Below, in pieces: positions 30,721-41,863 of a DNA stretch of 64,000 bases. The DNA is from an uncultured Hyphomicrobiales bacterium (GTDB lineage Bacteria > Bacteroidota > Ignavibacteria > Kapaibacteriales > UBA2268): the NCBI GenBank assembly GCA_964473465.1, contig CAYYPE010000002.1:243826-307825 (forward strand). The letters run 5' to 3'. The notes beneath the pieces were generated by a model. The model searched no databases and had not been told where the DNA came from. It saw nothing but the letters and a program-made list of their open reading frames with translations. The stretch's first letter is position 1. Every line of letters starts with the position of its first letter. Both the position numbers and the translations under genes were made by a program.

Positions 30721-30731
30721 TATAGCTTTAT

Positions 30732-31874
30732 TTGAACTTAATGGGAATTATTAAAAACAAAATTGATAATTTTTTGCGAATTATTACTTTTTTATTCTTT
30801 AAAGTAATTTTTCAAAATAACACTGTTTCCCCTCCTGTTAACAAATCTCACATAAAGCGAGTGCTGATTCTCCGCTACGATAGAATTGGAGATATGGTTG
30901 CAACCCTACCATCTATTGATTTTATAAAAAAACTGCTACCTGATGTTCAAATTGATGTGCTTGCTTCCCCGCAGAATTATGATATAATCAAAAATGACCC
31001 CCGTATTAGCAATATCCATACAAGCGAAAACAAAAAATTAAAACTAATTAGGAAAGCATATCAATTAAGAAAAAATAACTACAACCTCATTTTTGCATTT
31101 GTTTTTTATAAAACATCTCTGGCAGGATTGATTGCTAATTTAGCCGGAAAAAAAAATACTATCAAGGTAACCATTGAACACAAAAACAGAAAAAAAATAT
31201 ACTCTGCTTTATTTAATTTATTAGTCCCTTCCGAGTCGTTCATTCAATACAAATGTATGATCGAAGTTCTATTCAATATTGTATGTTATTCATTCGGAAT
31301 AGATTTTGACGATAATAAAATTTACCAGAAAATCTACCTCGATGACTCTTCGATTTATAAAGCTAAAAAGTTCATAAATTCTTTGCCACATAATGAATAT
31401 ATACTGATAAACCTCTCGGCTGGTCATCCATTAAGGGAATGGAGCAAAGAAAACTACATTGAATTGATTGAGCAGTTAATTAAAAACTATCCCTCTTTTT
31501 CATATATTCTAATTTCAGCACCTTCAAGATTTTCTGAATCATTATCAATATCCTCAAATTTTCCTGAAAAGGCATTTAGTTTTCATTCTTCTTCCATTAT
31601 GGATGTTGTCTCTCTCGTTCCATATTGCAAAATGGTTATTACCCCCGACACATCAATTGTTCATATTTCATCTGTATTTGCAAAACCAATGGTTGTTTTA
31701 TATTCAAGATTTTCGACAACATTCGAAAACTGGAAGCCTTATAAAGTCCCCCATCGTGCTTTACAAACATTGAAAAAAGAAAAAATTGATGCCATAACTC
31801 CTCTTGAAGTTTTTTATGCTTTCAAATCTTTATATTCAGAAATAGAGCCGGAAACCCTATCCGATAAACAATAA
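30732..31874 (+). CDS. GT9-family glycosyltransferase (ADP-heptose:LPS heptosyltransferase-like)
   Basis: KRVLILRYDRIGDMVATLPSIDFIKK N-terminal GT9 block; C-terminal TPDTSIVHISS nucleotide-sugar block. Confidence 0.8.
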   Translation: MNLMGIIKNKIDNFLRIITFLFFKVIFQNNTVSPPVNKSHIKRVLILRYDRIGDMVATLPSIDFIKKLLPDVQIDVLASPQNYDIIKNDPRISNIHTSENKKLKLIRKAYQLRKNNYNLIFAFVFYKTSLAGLIANLAGKKNTIKVTIEHKNRKKIYSALFNLLVPSESFIQYKCMIEVLFNIVCYSFGIDFDDNKIYQKIYLDDSSIYKAKKFINSLPHNEYILINLSAGHPLREWSKENYIELIEQLIKNYPSFSYILISAPSRFSESLSISSNFPEKAFSFHSSSIMDVVSLVPYCKMVITPDTSIVHISSVFAKPMVVLYSRFSTTFENWKPYKVPHRALQTLKKEKIDAITPLEVFYAFKSLYSEIEPETLSDKQ

Positions 31875-31958
31875 ATTCTCTTTGGCATAAGTATTGCTTA
31901 ATCATAAAGTTCAGTTAGCAATTGACGATATTTATTTATTCGGCAAAAGGAGAAATAT

Positions 31959-33407
31959 ATGAAACTCATTAAATACATTTTATTTTTTATTCTCAGCATG
32001 AGCTTTATAACTCATTCTCAAAGTCTGAAATTTGTAAGGACAGACGTCGAAAAGGCAAGAGAAAATTTCGTAACTGCCACTTATATTTTTGGACTTGACG
32101 TTTATGCTGATAGCATTAGTAATTGCACCGGGGTTACTTTCGAATTAAGTCATAATTTGCCCGAATATCTCAAATTGTCTGACTGGTCTTATGGTGATTT
32201 TGGTGAAAAAGGCTCGGCTGTGGTTATTCACAATATTGATACAGTATCAAAGCAGGGAAGACTATATGTCGGAGTTCTTTCGGGCGAGCCTGTTGGGTTC
32301 ACAGGTCTAAACAACCCAAAACTCATTCATCTTGAATTTGCTGTCAGTCAATCAGCCCCTCATGGCACTGAACTTCAATTCGATGTTATAAACTCTAAAG
32401 CAGTTACTTATGATGGCTTAGCTGGAAAGATAAATGATATCTTTGTCCCTTCATTCAAATTCAAAGTTCACGGCTTCACCGATGTATGGCCCGGAGATGC
32501 AGATAATAACGGTGTTGTAGATACTCGGGATATAGCCGCAGTCGGTCTTTATCTCGGTTATGGCTTATCAAAAGATAATTTCCGTAGCTTCAAAAGAGAA
32601 AATCCAAGCACTTACTGGACAAGGCAAAGAGCTCTATGCTGGGATAGCCTCGAGGTTACCTATGCTGACTGTGATGGAAACGGAGATATTAATATTACCG
32701 ATATGCTTATCATTCCTTTGAATTTTGGGAAAGTTGCCGATAATCCTGATAATAAGAATAAACCAATCCCCGTTGTTGAAAGTTCTGAAGCCAATTGTAA
32801 TTTCTCAGATTCGAAAAAAACTCCAATTATTGCATACATACCTGAGCCAATTATTGGGTTTGCTGCAATAATTGACTGGAAGAATATTAAAAATAATTTC
32901 ATTTGCGTTGATGAAAATAATTTATTCGGCTACGGGCAATATTTCTTCTTGAACGAGTTTAATAATTTTTACCTCTCTGAATTTCTTGTTAGTTCCATCT
33001 CAAAAAGCACAGTCAATCAGGGCTATTCTGTCCTTGCATGGGTTCGCTCCGATTATTTTGATAGCGATAATGATTTATTCGAGCTTATTGAGGCTCAAGG
33101 AATTACTCCGGACGGTAGAATTATTCCTTTGAAATTAGTTACCACTGCAGAAGATAATGAATTATTAGTTCACGAAAACAATAATCTTATAGTTACCGAT
33201 GGATATCTGACTATAAATAACCCGAAAGAAGAGCTTCCTCGAATTATTGAAGTATATGACCTTACGGGAAATCTTTCAATAAGAGAAAATTCAATCAAAT
33301 CAGAAGGACAAATAAAAATTGACGTGTCAATATTAGCCTCTGGTTATTATTATACATTGGTTAAATATAAAAATTCAACCTATCTTATAAAATTTTTAAA
33401 AATTTAA
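31959..33407 (+). CDS. secreted protein with dockerin-like Ca-binding repeats and T9SS C-terminal sorting domain
   Basis: Signal peptide; two dockerin-type repeats (GDADNNGVVDTRDIAAV, DCDGNGDINITDMLII); C-terminal IEVYDLTGNLS...GYYYTLVKYKNSTYLIKFLKI resembles the T9SS CTD. Confidence 0.7.
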   Translation: MKLIKYILFFILSMSFITHSQSLKFVRTDVEKARENFVTATYIFGLDVYADSISNCTGVTFELSHNLPEYLKLSDWSYGDFGEKGSAVVIHNIDTVSKQGRLYVGVLSGEPVGFTGLNNPKLIHLEFAVSQSAPHGTELQFDVINSKAVTYDGLAGKINDIFVPSFKFKVHGFTDVWPGDADNNGVVDTRDIAAVGLYLGYGLSKDNFRSFKRENPSTYWTRQRALCWDSLEVTYADCDGNGDINITDMLIIPLNFGKVADNPDNKNKPIPVVESSEANCNFSDSKKTPIIAYIPEPIIGFAAIIDWKNIKNNFICVDENNLFGYGQYFFLNEFNNFYLSEFLVSSISKSTVNQGYSVLAWVRSDYFDSDNDLFELIEAQGITPDGRIIPLKLVTTAEDNELLVHENNNLIVTDGYLTINNPKEELPRIIEVYDLTGNLSIRENSIKSEGQIKIDVSILASGYYYTLVKYKNSTYLIKFLKI

Positions 33408-33432
33408 TTTTTTTTGGTAACTTTTTGACTTT

Positions 33433-33467
33433 TTAATGTGTTTTGTAATTTTACAACTACACATTAA
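33433..33467. promoter_or_regulatory. 9-bp inverted repeat TTAATGTGT-N17-ACACATTAA between the T9SS dockerin gene and the M28 peptidase gene
   Basis: Seen directly; followed by GGGGTTTTT and the ATG of the next gene; could be a weak terminator or an operator. Confidence 0.35.
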
Positions 33468-33476
33468 GGGGTTTTT

Positions 33477-34583
33477 ATGCTTAGAATATCAATACTTATT
33501 TTCTGCATTTTTTTTAATTCACTGTTTTCGCTTTACTCACAAGATCTGAATACACTTATCGGAAAAATTAATATTGACTCATTAATCGAAAATGTTAAAA
33601 TACTTTCCGGTGAAAAAGAAGTAATATTCAACAATAAGCCCGTAAAAATTGACAGCCGAAAATTTGATAGCGAAAAAAAACATTTAGCTGCTTTATGGTT
33701 AAAATCAAAACTTGAGGAATATGGTTATAATTCAGAAATTAGTGAGTTAGCTAAAAACGAAGAGACTGTCATTGCCAGAAAAACAGGCTCAAATCAAAAT
33801 AATCTGGTAATCATCGGAGCACATTTCGATTCATTCAATTTCGACCCCGGTCCTGCACCCGGAGCTAATGACAACGCAAGTGGATGTTCTGCAGTCTTAG
33901 AAATTGCAAGAATCCTGAAAGACGTTGATTTGAGTTTTTCTCTTGAATTTATATTTTGGGATGGCGAGGAAACAGGAATGAAAAGCAGCAAAAATTACGT
34001 TGAAAATTTAGTTAATAGCACAAGCTTTTTACTAGCTTATATCAATCTTGATATGTTAGCATGGGATTCTAATAATGATGGAAAAGTAAGAATAAAATAT
34101 AAAGAGTATGGAAATTCTTATTATCTAGCTCTTCAATCTATTGAATGGGCTAATATATTTAAACTGAATTTGAAACCTGAACTTTACACTAATAAATGGT
34201 GGGGAGATAGCGACTGTGATTCATTCTGGAAAAAAGATTTTACTACCATAGGAATTGCCGACTTTCTGGATTATTATGATTCTTATCATAATTCTTATGA
34301 TTTGATCAAGCTTTTTAATTATGATTATTTCCTTGAAAATACAAAACTTGCTTTTATTATTACTTATAAACTAAGCATTGGTGAAAATTTATCTGTCAAA
34401 TCATTTGATTCAATTAATATTAAATCAAATAATTTCATTAAAGCAACCAGAGAACAAATAATTAACTTAGTTAAAGAAACCAATCTAATGTATGTTGAAG
34501 TGTATAATGTATTAGGAATAAAAACTGACCTAAATAATATAATTGATTTGCCCGAAGGTCTTTATTTCATTAAAAAAAAGTAA
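33477..34583 (+). CDS. M28-family zinc aminopeptidase, secreted, probably a T9SS substrate
   Basis: Signal peptide; M28 metal-binding blocks (IIGAHFDSF, GANDNASGCSAVLEIAR, WDGEE); C-terminal VEVYNVLGIKTDLNNIIDLPEGLYFIKKK resembles a short T9SS CTD. Confidence 0.8.
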   Translation: MLRISILIFCIFFNSLFSLYSQDLNTLIGKINIDSLIENVKILSGEKEVIFNNKPVKIDSRKFDSEKKHLAALWLKSKLEEYGYNSEISELAKNEETVIARKTGSNQNNLVIIGAHFDSFNFDPGPAPGANDNASGCSAVLEIARILKDVDLSFSLEFIFWDGEETGMKSSKNYVENLVNSTSFLLAYINLDMLAWDSNNDGKVRIKYKEYGNSYYLALQSIEWANIFKLNLKPELYTNKWWGDSDCDSFWKKDFTTIGIADFLDYYDSYHNSYDLIKLFNYDYFLENTKLAFIITYKLSIGENLSVKSFDSINIKSNNFIKATREQIINLVKETNLMYVEVYNVLGIKTDLNNIIDLPEGLYFIKKK

Positions 34584-34692
34584 TCCTCTTAATGAATTGA
34601 AATCCCTTGAAAATAATTTAATTTTTGCTATCATTTCATTTCTTTCGTAATTTAGAAAACAATTTTTTTTATTTATCATAAAGGCATTAACT

Positions 34693-36966
34693 ATGATTTT
34701 TGATTTTGATATGATAAAAAATCATTATGAAAAATTTGCAGAAAAAGTTGACAAAGCACGAAAAGTCATCGAAAAACCAATGAACCTCGCAGAAAAGATA
34801 TTATATTCTCACCTCTTCGAAACGCAGGAATTAAAAGAATTTAAACGTGGTGTTGATTATGTTGATTTCAAACCCGATAGAGTAGCAATGCAGGATGCTA
34901 CAGCTCAAATGGCTTTACTTCAATTTATGTCTGCCGGCAGACCAAAAGTGGCAGTTCCTTCTACTGTCCATTGCGACCACCTTATTATTGCAAAAAAAGG
35001 GGCTGTGGACGATTTGAGCTTTGCAAAAGACTTAAATAAAGAAGTATATGATTTTTTGTCATCTGTTTCAAATAAGTATGGCATTGGATTCTGGAAACCC
35101 GGCTCGGGCATCATTCATCAGGTAATACTCGAAAATTATGCCTTCCCGGGCGGTATGATGATTGGAACAGATTCACATACCGTTAATGCTGGTGGTCTGG
35201 GCATGGTTGCTATCGGTGTTGGCGGTGCTGATGCTGTTGATGTTATGTCCGGAATGGCATGGGAACTTCGTTTTCCAAAATTTATCGGGGTTAAATTAAC
35301 TGGTAAAATGAATGGCTGGACGTCTGCTAAGGATGTTATTCTGAAAGTTGCGGGAATTTTGACCGTCAAAGGTGGAACAGGTGCAATTGTTGAATATTTT
35401 GGCGACGGTGCAAAAACAATTTCCTGCACAGGCAAAGGAACTATATGTAATATGGGAGCTGAAATCGGGGCAACAACCTCAATATTCGGTTATGACCAGA
35501 AAATGTATGATTATTTAGTCGCCACCGGCAGAAAAGAAATTGCCGATATGGCTGAAAATCTCAAATCTTATTTAACCGGTGATGATGAAGTATATGCCGA
35601 ACCCGAAAAATATTTTGATCAGGTTATTGAAATCAATTTATCTGAATTGGAACCTCATATTAATGGACCTTTCACACCTGATTTGGCAACTCCTATTTCT
35701 AAATTTTCTGAGGCAGTCAGGGAAAATGGCTGGCCCGAAAAACTCGAAGTCGGCTTGATTGGTTCCTGCACTAACTCTTCCTATGAGGATATTTCAAGGG
35801 CAGCCTCAATTGCTAAACAGGCTATAGATAAAAAATTGAAAGTAAAATCTGAATTTACTATAACTCCCGGCTCCGAGCAGGTTCGCTATACCATCGAAAG
35901 AGATGGATTTATTGATTTATTTGAAAAAATCGGCGGCGTTGTGCTTGCTAATGCATGCGGTCCCTGCATCGGACAATGGGCAAGGCACGGTGCCGAAAAA
36001 CAGGAAAAGAATTCCATCATAACTTCCTTCAATCGAAACTTTGCCAAAAGAAATGACGGAAACCCAAATACTCATGGATTTGTTGCCTCTCCTGAAATTG
36101 TTACGGCTATGACTATTGCAGGAAAGCTCTCTTTCAACCCATTGAGAGACCCATTAATTAATGAAGATGGAAATGAAGTCTTTCTGGAGGAACCAAAAGG
36201 TTATGAATTACCCCCAAATGGCTTTTCTGTAGAAGATTTGGGTTATCAGGAGCCAGCAAAAGACGGTTCCGCGATTGAAGTTATAGTTAATCCGAACTCA
36301 GAGCGTTTGCAAATTCTTGAACCATTCGAGCCATGGGACGGCAATGATTTCATAGGTCTTAAGCTGTTAATTAAAGTGAAAGGCAAATGCACAACCGACC
36401 ATATTTCGATGGCAGGACCGTGGCTCAAATTCAGAGGTCATCTGGATAATATTTCAAATAATCTCCTTACAGGTGCTGTGAATTATTTCAACAATAAAAC
36501 AAATGAAGTAAAAAATCAGCTAACGGGTGAATACGGTCTTGTTCCAAAAGTTCAAAGAGAATACAAAGCCGCTGGAATTGGTTCAATTGTTGTCGGTGAT
36601 GAAAATTATGGCGAGGGTTCTTCGAGAGAACATGCTGCAATGGAACCAAGACATCTCGGAGTCAAAGTAATTCTTGTTAAGTCATTTGCCCGTATTCACG
36701 AAACAAATCTGAAAAAACAGGGAATGCTTGCCCTTACTTTTGATAACAAAGACGATTACGACAAAATTCAGGAAGACGACACTATTGATGTTATTGGATT
36801 GAAAGAAATGTCCCCGGGCATGCCATTAACAATCATTTTACATCATAAAGACGGAACAAGCGAAGAAATCAAAGCTAACCATAGTTATAATGAATCCCAG
36901 ATTGAATGGTTCAGAGCAGGTTCTGCACTTAATTTAATCAGGAAACAATTTGCTGGTCAAAATTAA
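34693..36966 (+). CDS. acn: aconitate hydratase (mitochondrial-type, about 750 aa)
   Basis: Aconitase signatures [42 protein letters not shown]; swivel domain at the C-terminus. Confidence 0.93.
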   Translation: MIFDFDMIKNHYEKFAEKVDKARKVIEKPMNLAEKILYSHLFETQELKEFKRGVDYVDFKPDRVAMQDATAQMALLQFMSAGRPKVAVPSTVHCDHLIIAKKGAVDDLSFAKDLNKEVYDFLSSVSNKYGIGFWKPGSGIIHQVILENYAFPGGMMIGTDSHTVNAGGLGMVAIGVGGADAVDVMSGMAWELRFPKFIGVKLTGKMNGWTSAKDVILKVAGILTVKGGTGAIVEYFGDGAKTISCTGKGTICNMGAEIGATTSIFGYDQKMYDYLVATGRKEIADMAENLKSYLTGDDEVYAEPEKYFDQVIEINLSELEPHINGPFTPDLATPISKFSEAVRENGWPEKLEVGLIGSCTNSSYEDISRAASIAKQAIDKKLKVKSEFTITPGSEQVRYTIERDGFIDLFEKIGGVVLANACGPCIGQWARHGAEKQEKNSIITSFNRNFAKRNDGNPNTHGFVASPEIVTAMTIAGKLSFNPLRDPLINEDGNEVFLEEPKGYELPPNGFSVEDLGYQEPAKDGSAIEVIVNPNSERLQILEPFEPWDGNDFIGLKLLIKVKGKCTTDHISMAGPWLKFRGHLDNISNNLLTGAVNYFNNKTNEVKNQLTGEYGLVPKVQREYKAAGIGSIVVGDENYGEGSSREHAAMEPRHLGVKVILVKSFARIHETNLKKQGMLALTFDNKDDYDKIQEDDTIDVIGLKEMSPGMPLTIILHHKDGTSEEIKANHSYNESQIEWFRAGSALNLIRKQFAGQN

Positions 36967-36975
36967 TTATTCTTA

Positions 36976-37030
36976 AACTCCTTCTCAATTTTGTATTGAG
37001 AGGGAGTTTATAGATTTTTTCCTTTTTTAA
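36976..37030. terminator. bidirectional rho-independent terminator between the convergent aconitase and SEDS genes
   Basis: 14-bp stem AACTCCTTCTCAAT/ATTGAGAGGGAGTT (one G-U pair), then T-rich run. Confidence 0.7.
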
Positions 37031-37079
37031 AAGTATAAATTGATTAGCTATAAATCTTTACTATAGAAGCGGAAATAAT

Positions 37080-38342
37080 TTAAACAAGCTTCTTTAGTTT
37101 CTGGTTTCGATAAGCGTTAAGCATTAATCCTACAAGGCAAAAATTAGTAATGAGGAAAGAACCGCCGGAACTTAAAAAAGGGAGCGGTATGCCCATAACG
37201 GGAACTATTCCTATTGCCATACCTATATTTATTAATGAGTGATACAAGATTATAACACCCCCGCCAAAACTGACAATGCTCAGAAATTTTGAATGGAAGG
37301 CAGAGCCAGATGCAATTCTCATTGATCTTATGATCAAAAAAGCAAGTAAACCAAGCACTAATACTCCACCGATAAAACCGAATTCCTCGGTTGGAACTGA
37401 AAAAATAAAATCTGTCCATTGCTCGGGGATATATTTCAATCTTGTTTGTGTTCCCTGTAAAAAACCGGTTCCGGTCAAGCCTCCATTTCCAACTGCAAGA
37501 ATAGATTGAATTACATTATACCCCTGCTTTTTGGGATGTGAACCCGGATCAAGAAATATGGCTATTCTTTCTTTTTGATATGGTTCAAGCTTTTCTAATA
37601 AAAGATTCGAAGAATAACCTGCTACTCCCACTATAACAATTCCAAGCACCGTAGCCCATATCTTTCTTTTGAAAAGTGCTGCAATTATTGCAAAAATTGA
37701 CAAGGATAAAACAAAATAACCAATTCCCAAGAGTGAAAAAATAACTACAAGAGGAACACTAACCAAGATGAATAATGTAAATAAATCAAATCCAATCCAA
37801 TATAATATACCAATAAATAAAGCAAGAAATACTGATGTTGTTCCGTGATCTGGTTGCAAAAAAATCAATGTAACAGGTAAAGCAAAAATAAGCAGTAACT
37901 TTCCAAAATCTCTTAATGCTTCGATGTTAAAACCCTTTGTAGATATAATATTGGCTAAAAGTAATAAAGTTGATAGTTTGGCAAATTCAGCTGGTTGTAT
38001 ATTGAAACTTCCAAAAGCCAGCCAGCCTTTTGTCCCATTAATTTCCTTGCCTATTATCAGAACAGCTATAAGAAGTAAGATATTCACTCCGTAGAAAACA
38101 ACAGAAAAGCCCGAAATCCATCTTTCAGGTATGAAAGTAATTCCAATCATTAACATTACTCCAAAAATGGAATAATAAAGCTGTCGGGTGAAAATTGAGC
38201 TCATTCCTGCATCGAATGTTGCACTATAAATTGATATTAATCCGATCGCTGTCAGTGTAATTGTTGTAAGAAAAGTGCTCCATTCAAAAAATTCTCCCGG
38301 ATTCCTTTTTAAATATATCCCTGTGTCCCGTTCTTGACTCAT
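37080..38342 (-). CDS. SEDS-family peptidoglycan glycosyltransferase (FtsW/RodA)
   Basis: 420 aa, 10 TM helices; conserved SEDS blocks (FQPAEFAKL, DFIFSV..EEFGFIG, LPFLSSGGSS). Confidence 0.88.
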   Translation of the reverse strand: MSQERDTGIYLKRNPGEFFEWSTFLTTITLTAIGLISIYSATFDAGMSSIFTRQLYYSIFGVMLMIGITFIPERWISGFSVVFYGVNILLLIAVLIIGKEINGTKGWLAFGSFNIQPAEFAKLSTLLLLANIISTKGFNIEALRDFGKLLLIFALPVTLIFLQPDHGTTSVFLALFIGILYWIGFDLFTLFILVSVPLVVIFSLLGIGYFVLSLSIFAIIAALFKRKIWATVLGIVIVGVAGYSSNLLLEKLEPYQKERIAIFLDPGSHPKKQGYNVIQSILAVGNGGLTGTGFLQGTQTRLKYIPEQWTDFIFSVPTEEFGFIGGVLVLGLLAFLIIRSMRIASGSAFHSKFLSIVSFGGGVIILYHSLINIGMAIGIVPVMGIPLPFLSSGGSFLITNFCLVGLMLNAYRNQKLKKLV

Positions 38343-38346
38343 AAAT

Positions 38347-39231
38347 TTATGAATAAATTATTCTGTATAATGCTTCCCGATATTTTTCTGCTGTTTTTTC
38401 AATTATTTCATCTGGCAGAACCGGTGGTGGTGGTTGCTTGTTCCAATCAATGCTTTCCAGATAGTCCCGAAGAATCTGTTTATCAAAATTATACTGAGGT
38501 TGGCCGGGGGCGTAATGCTCCTTTAACCAGAACCTCGAGGAATCAGGCGTTAATACTTCATCAATTAATAGCAATTCGTTATTTTCATTAAGTCCAAATT
38601 CAAACTTTGTGTCTGCCAGAATAAGATTGCTTTTTTCCAATTTTTCGGATGCAAAATTGAAAAGTTCGATTGAAATTCTGCTTACTTTTTCAGCTAATTC
38701 TTCCCCTATCAGCTGTATCATCTGCTCAAAGGTTATGTTCAAGTCATGACCGCTTTCTGCTTTAGTCGAAGGTGTAAATATAGGTGCCGGAATTTTTGAA
38801 AATTCAGAGAGTCCATTTGGTAGTCTTATTCCGCATACTGTTTTCTTTTCTTTATATTCTTTCCAGCCTGAACCGGCAAGATATCCACGGACAACACATT
38901 CCACAGGCAAAGGTTTGCATTTCCTGACTAACATCGAGCGTCCCTCGAGTATCTCTGAATACTTCTTGCATTCTTCAGGATATTCAGATGGATCGTCGCT
39001 TATAAAATGATTTGGAACTATGTGAGTTGTGTTCTTGAACCAAAAGACTGAGATTTTTGTTAAAATTGAACCTTTTTCAGGTATAGGCTGGTTCATAATT
39101 ACATCAAAAGCTGATATTCTGTCAGTAGCGATGAATAGCAGATATTCGCCCACATCATATAGATCACGAACTTTACCTCGCTTTAAGAGCTTTAAATCCT
39201 TTAACTCAGTATTGATTAATATTTTACTCAT
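38347..39231 (-). CDS. purC: phosphoribosylaminoimidazole-succinocarboxamide (SAICAR) synthase
   Basis: GKVRDLYDVGEYLLFIATDRISAFD and LADTKFEFG blocks; 294 aa. Confidence 0.95.
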   Translation of the reverse strand: MSKILINTELKDLKLLKRGKVRDLYDVGEYLLFIATDRISAFDVIMNQPIPEKGSILTKISVFWFKNTTHIVPNHFISDDPSEYPEECKKYSEILEGRSMLVRKCKPLPVECVVRGYLAGSGWKEYKEKKTVCGIRLPNGLSEFSKIPAPIFTPSTKAESGHDLNITFEQMIQLIGEELAEKVSRISIELFNFASEKLEKSNLILADTKFEFGLNENNELLLIDEVLTPDSSRFWLKEHYAPGQPQYNFDKQILRDYLESIDWNKQPPPPVLPDEIIEKTAEKYREALYRIIYS

Positions 39232-39268
39232 CTGATTAAAAAAAATTAAAAAACGAATTTATTACAAA

Positions 39269-40144
39269 TTATTCAAATTCGTGCAGAATTTTTTTACAAT
39301 AGTTCTTGTAATCAGAATTTGGCAAACTTTCAACCGTAGCCTTGTATTTCTCAATGCTTATGAATCCCTGTTGTATGGCAATTTCCTCGAGGCATGCTAT
39401 TTTTCTGCCTTGTCTTTGCTCAATTGCTCTTATGAATACGCTTGCATCAATCAAATTAGCAGGGGTTCCAGTGTCAAGCCATGCTATTCCTCGCCCTATA
39501 ATTTGCACATCGAGCTCATTAGTTTCAAGATATGCCTTGTGAACATCTGTTATCTCGATTTCACCTCTTGCACTTGGCTTTAGTTTCTCAGAAATTTCAC
39601 AAACACGACTGTCAAAGATATATAGTCCGGGGATTGCATAATTGGATTTTGGTTGTTTTGGCTTCTCTTCTATGCTTATAACCTTTCTATCCTTATTGAA
39701 TTCCACCACGCCATAACTTTCCGGACTATCCACCCAGTAGGCAAAAATTGTTGCTCCGTTGTTATTGTCTATAGCTTCTCGGAAAAAAGAAAGTTTTCCG
39801 TAGAAAAGATTATCCCCAAGAATTAGGCAAACCTGATCGTTGCCAATAAACTCCTTCCCTAAAATGAAGGCTTGAGGCAAACCTCCCGGATAGGGTTGAA
39901 CTTTATATTGAAGATTTATACCCCATTGACTTCCGTCACCAAGCAGTTTTTTATAATTAGGAGTGTCCTCCGGCGTGGAGATTATCAGTATGTCTTTTAT
40001 ATGACCAAGCATTAAGATTGCAAGCGGGTAATAAATCATTGGCTTATCATATACAGGTTGTAACTGCTTACTAAAAGCACTTGTCATCGGGTAAAGCCTG
40101 GTTCCCTTGCCACCCGCAAGAATTATTCCTTTTGTGTATTTCAT
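39269..40144 (-). CDS. rfbA: glucose-1-phosphate thymidylyltransferase
   Basis: N-terminal GIILAGGKGTRLYPMT nucleotidyltransferase loop and RmlA-specific blocks (YGVVEF, GRGIAWLDTGT); 291 aa. Confidence 0.93.
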   Translation of the reverse strand: MKYTKGIILAGGKGTRLYPMTSAFSKQLQPVYDKPMIYYPLAILMLGHIKDILIISTPEDTPNYKKLLGDGSQWGINLQYKVQPYPGGLPQAFILGKEFIGNDQVCLILGDNLFYGKLSFFREAIDNNNGATIFAYWVDSPESYGVVEFNKDRKVISIEEKPKQPKSNYAIPGLYIFDSRVCEISEKLKPSARGEIEITDVHKAYLETNELDVQIIGRGIAWLDTGTPANLIDASVFIRAIEQRQGRKIACLEEIAIQQGFISIEKYKATVESLPNSDYKNYCKKILHEFE

Positions 40145-40146
40145 AA

Positions 40147-40587
40147 TTAGTTAATAATAAATACAACATTCATTGAAGTATTGCCTGTTAAAGTGTCCCT
40201 AAGGTGTAATTTGACATCCCCGGGCTTGCGATAAAGATTTTTTGGCACACTTGCTGTGATTATTGTGGCTAATGTATCAGAATTTGAAACAAGTTGCTGT
40301 GTATCCCAATAAACAACAGTGTTTCGGGTTCCATTCTGAACGTTGAACCACAATGCAGACTCCCCATTAGCCTGAACGTTAAAGTCCTGTCCGGCTTTGG
40401 TAAAGTTTGGTCCCCAATTTAAAATAATAATCGGTCCTTCTGCTTTTTTTTGTTTTATCTCAGTCTTTGCAGTTGTGTCGGCAGCAGGCTCTTTTGGCTT
40501 TTCATTTCCATTATTGCAAGATGAGAGCCAAAGGCTGAAAATTAAGATGAAAGTAAGTTTTGTTAGAAAATTCATTTGTAACTCCAA
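40147..40587 (-). CDS. hypothetical lipoprotein (146 aa)
   Basis: Signal peptide with lipobox LSSCNNG; no recognisable motif. Confidence 0.45.
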   Translation of the reverse strand: MELQMNFLTKLTFILIFSLWLSSCNNGNEKPKEPAADTTAKTEIKQKKAEGPIIILNWGPNFTKAGQDFNVQANGESALWFNVQNGTRNTVVYWDTQQLVSNSDTLATIITASVPKNLYRKPGDVKLHLRDTLTGNTSMNVVFIIN

Positions 40588-40591
40588 TAAA

Positions 40592-41116
40592 TTAATGAAT
40601 AGTTTTTAAATTTGTTTTTCTCGTTTTTTTGAAAAAATAAATTGTTGCAGCCAATATATAAAAAGGCAGCTCTATCAATATTGTTTGGAATGTAAATCTT
40701 AGCATCTCTTTTGGATTTCCCCAGCCCGGCGAGTATTCTGTTACCGTTGGAAAGAGATTGTAAATTAGATAGTTTTGATTTATCAGGGGCCAAAAAAAAG
40801 CTACTCCCATTCCGTTCGATGGATTAGTATCCATCATCGCATCAAGCAGGAGATGACTCAAACCACCTACCAGAATTCCCGTAAAGACATATTTCTTTAT
40901 CTCCTTTTTAGTTAAGAAGTATCCTGCTAAACCAATAATGAATACAAAGAAAATATTGTGTGTAACAACACGATGAATCTCGTTAAACCAAGGAAAAGGA
41001 AGAAAAATAAAATCAAAATCAACGACCAGAGCCGCTATAACTGCTGCAGCTACAGTAACCTTCGATGCTTTTGCAGTTAAAATAAATGATAGTGATATAT
41101 GACCAATTGGTGTCAT
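40592..41116 (-). CDS. membrane-bound metal-dependent hydrolase, YdjM/DUF457-like (tentative)
   Basis: N-terminal GHISLSF and later HLLLDAMMD histidine motifs in a 4-5 TM protein, as in the YdjM family. Confidence 0.5.
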   Translation of the reverse strand: MTPIGHISLSFILTAKASKVTVAAAVIAALVVDFDFIFLPFPWFNEIHRVVTHNIFFVFIIGLAGYFLTKKEIKKYVFTGILVGGLSHLLLDAMMDTNPSNGMGVAFFWPLINQNYLIYNLFPTVTEYSPGWGNPKEMLRFTFQTILIELPFYILAATIYFFKKTRKTNLKTIH

Positions 41117-41799
41117 TACTTTATTTTTTCAATTACCCTGTTAATAAAATCCTGCAAGGACTCTTCGCTAACCTTGACAAACATTAATTCCCAACCGTAA
41201 AAGTATCCCTTTTGTAAGGTAAATTCTTTTTTCAGGACTTTTGCAATAAACTGCAGTTCACTATTTGTTAAATGTGAAACGTTATAATCATCAAGCGAAA
41301 AATTATCTGACAGCCAAGTCCAATCATCGGGCCACTCTCTCATATTAACCAAATCAAAGCCGTTACGATTCATCAAAGATATAAAACTACCACGTGTAAA
41401 TTGCTGAATATGTCCGCCGCCATCAGGATGAATAAGTCTGTAAAGCTTATCTGTAATATTTGTTGAATCCGGTATTCCAATGTGAGTAAGCCCGCCCATC
41501 TTTAATATATGATTGATAGAATATGCCAATTCTTCAGGCTCTTTCACATGCTCGAATATGTTATCGGCTACGACCAGATCATATTTATTTTTAAGTTCTG
41601 ATTTGTTATAAAGCTTTGTAACATCTTCCTGAAAAAAATTGAAATTATTTAACTGATGATTTGGAGGGAAAAATAAATCATATCCATCTATAACGCAATT
41701 TTCCGGCAATTTGTGATACCATTCCGAGCCTTTGGCTCCGCAGCCAAGGTCTGCTATATGCCACCCTTCCTGAACAATTTCCTCGAAAAATAATTCCAT
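41116..41799 (-). CDS. class I SAM-dependent methyltransferase
   Basis: Motif I DLGCGAKGS; motif post-I VVADNIFEHV; 227 aa; start overlaps the downstream gene's end. Confidence 0.8.
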   Translation of the reverse strand: MELFFEEIVQEGWHIADLGCGAKGSEWYHKLPENCVIDGYDLFFPPNHQLNNFNFFQEDVTKLYNKSELKNKYDLVVADNIFEHVKEPEELAYSINHILKMGGLTHIGIPDSTNITDKLYRLIHPDGGGHIQQFTRGSFISLMNRNGFDLVNMREWPDDWTWLSDNFSLDDYNVSHLTNSELQFIAKVLKKEFTLQKGYFYGWELMFVKVSEESLQDFINRVIEKIK

Positions 41800-41863
41800 G
41801 CTTTATTTATTCATTTAAAACTTTTGCAAAAACTTTTTTATCAAAAAATTATTTTGATTTTTT

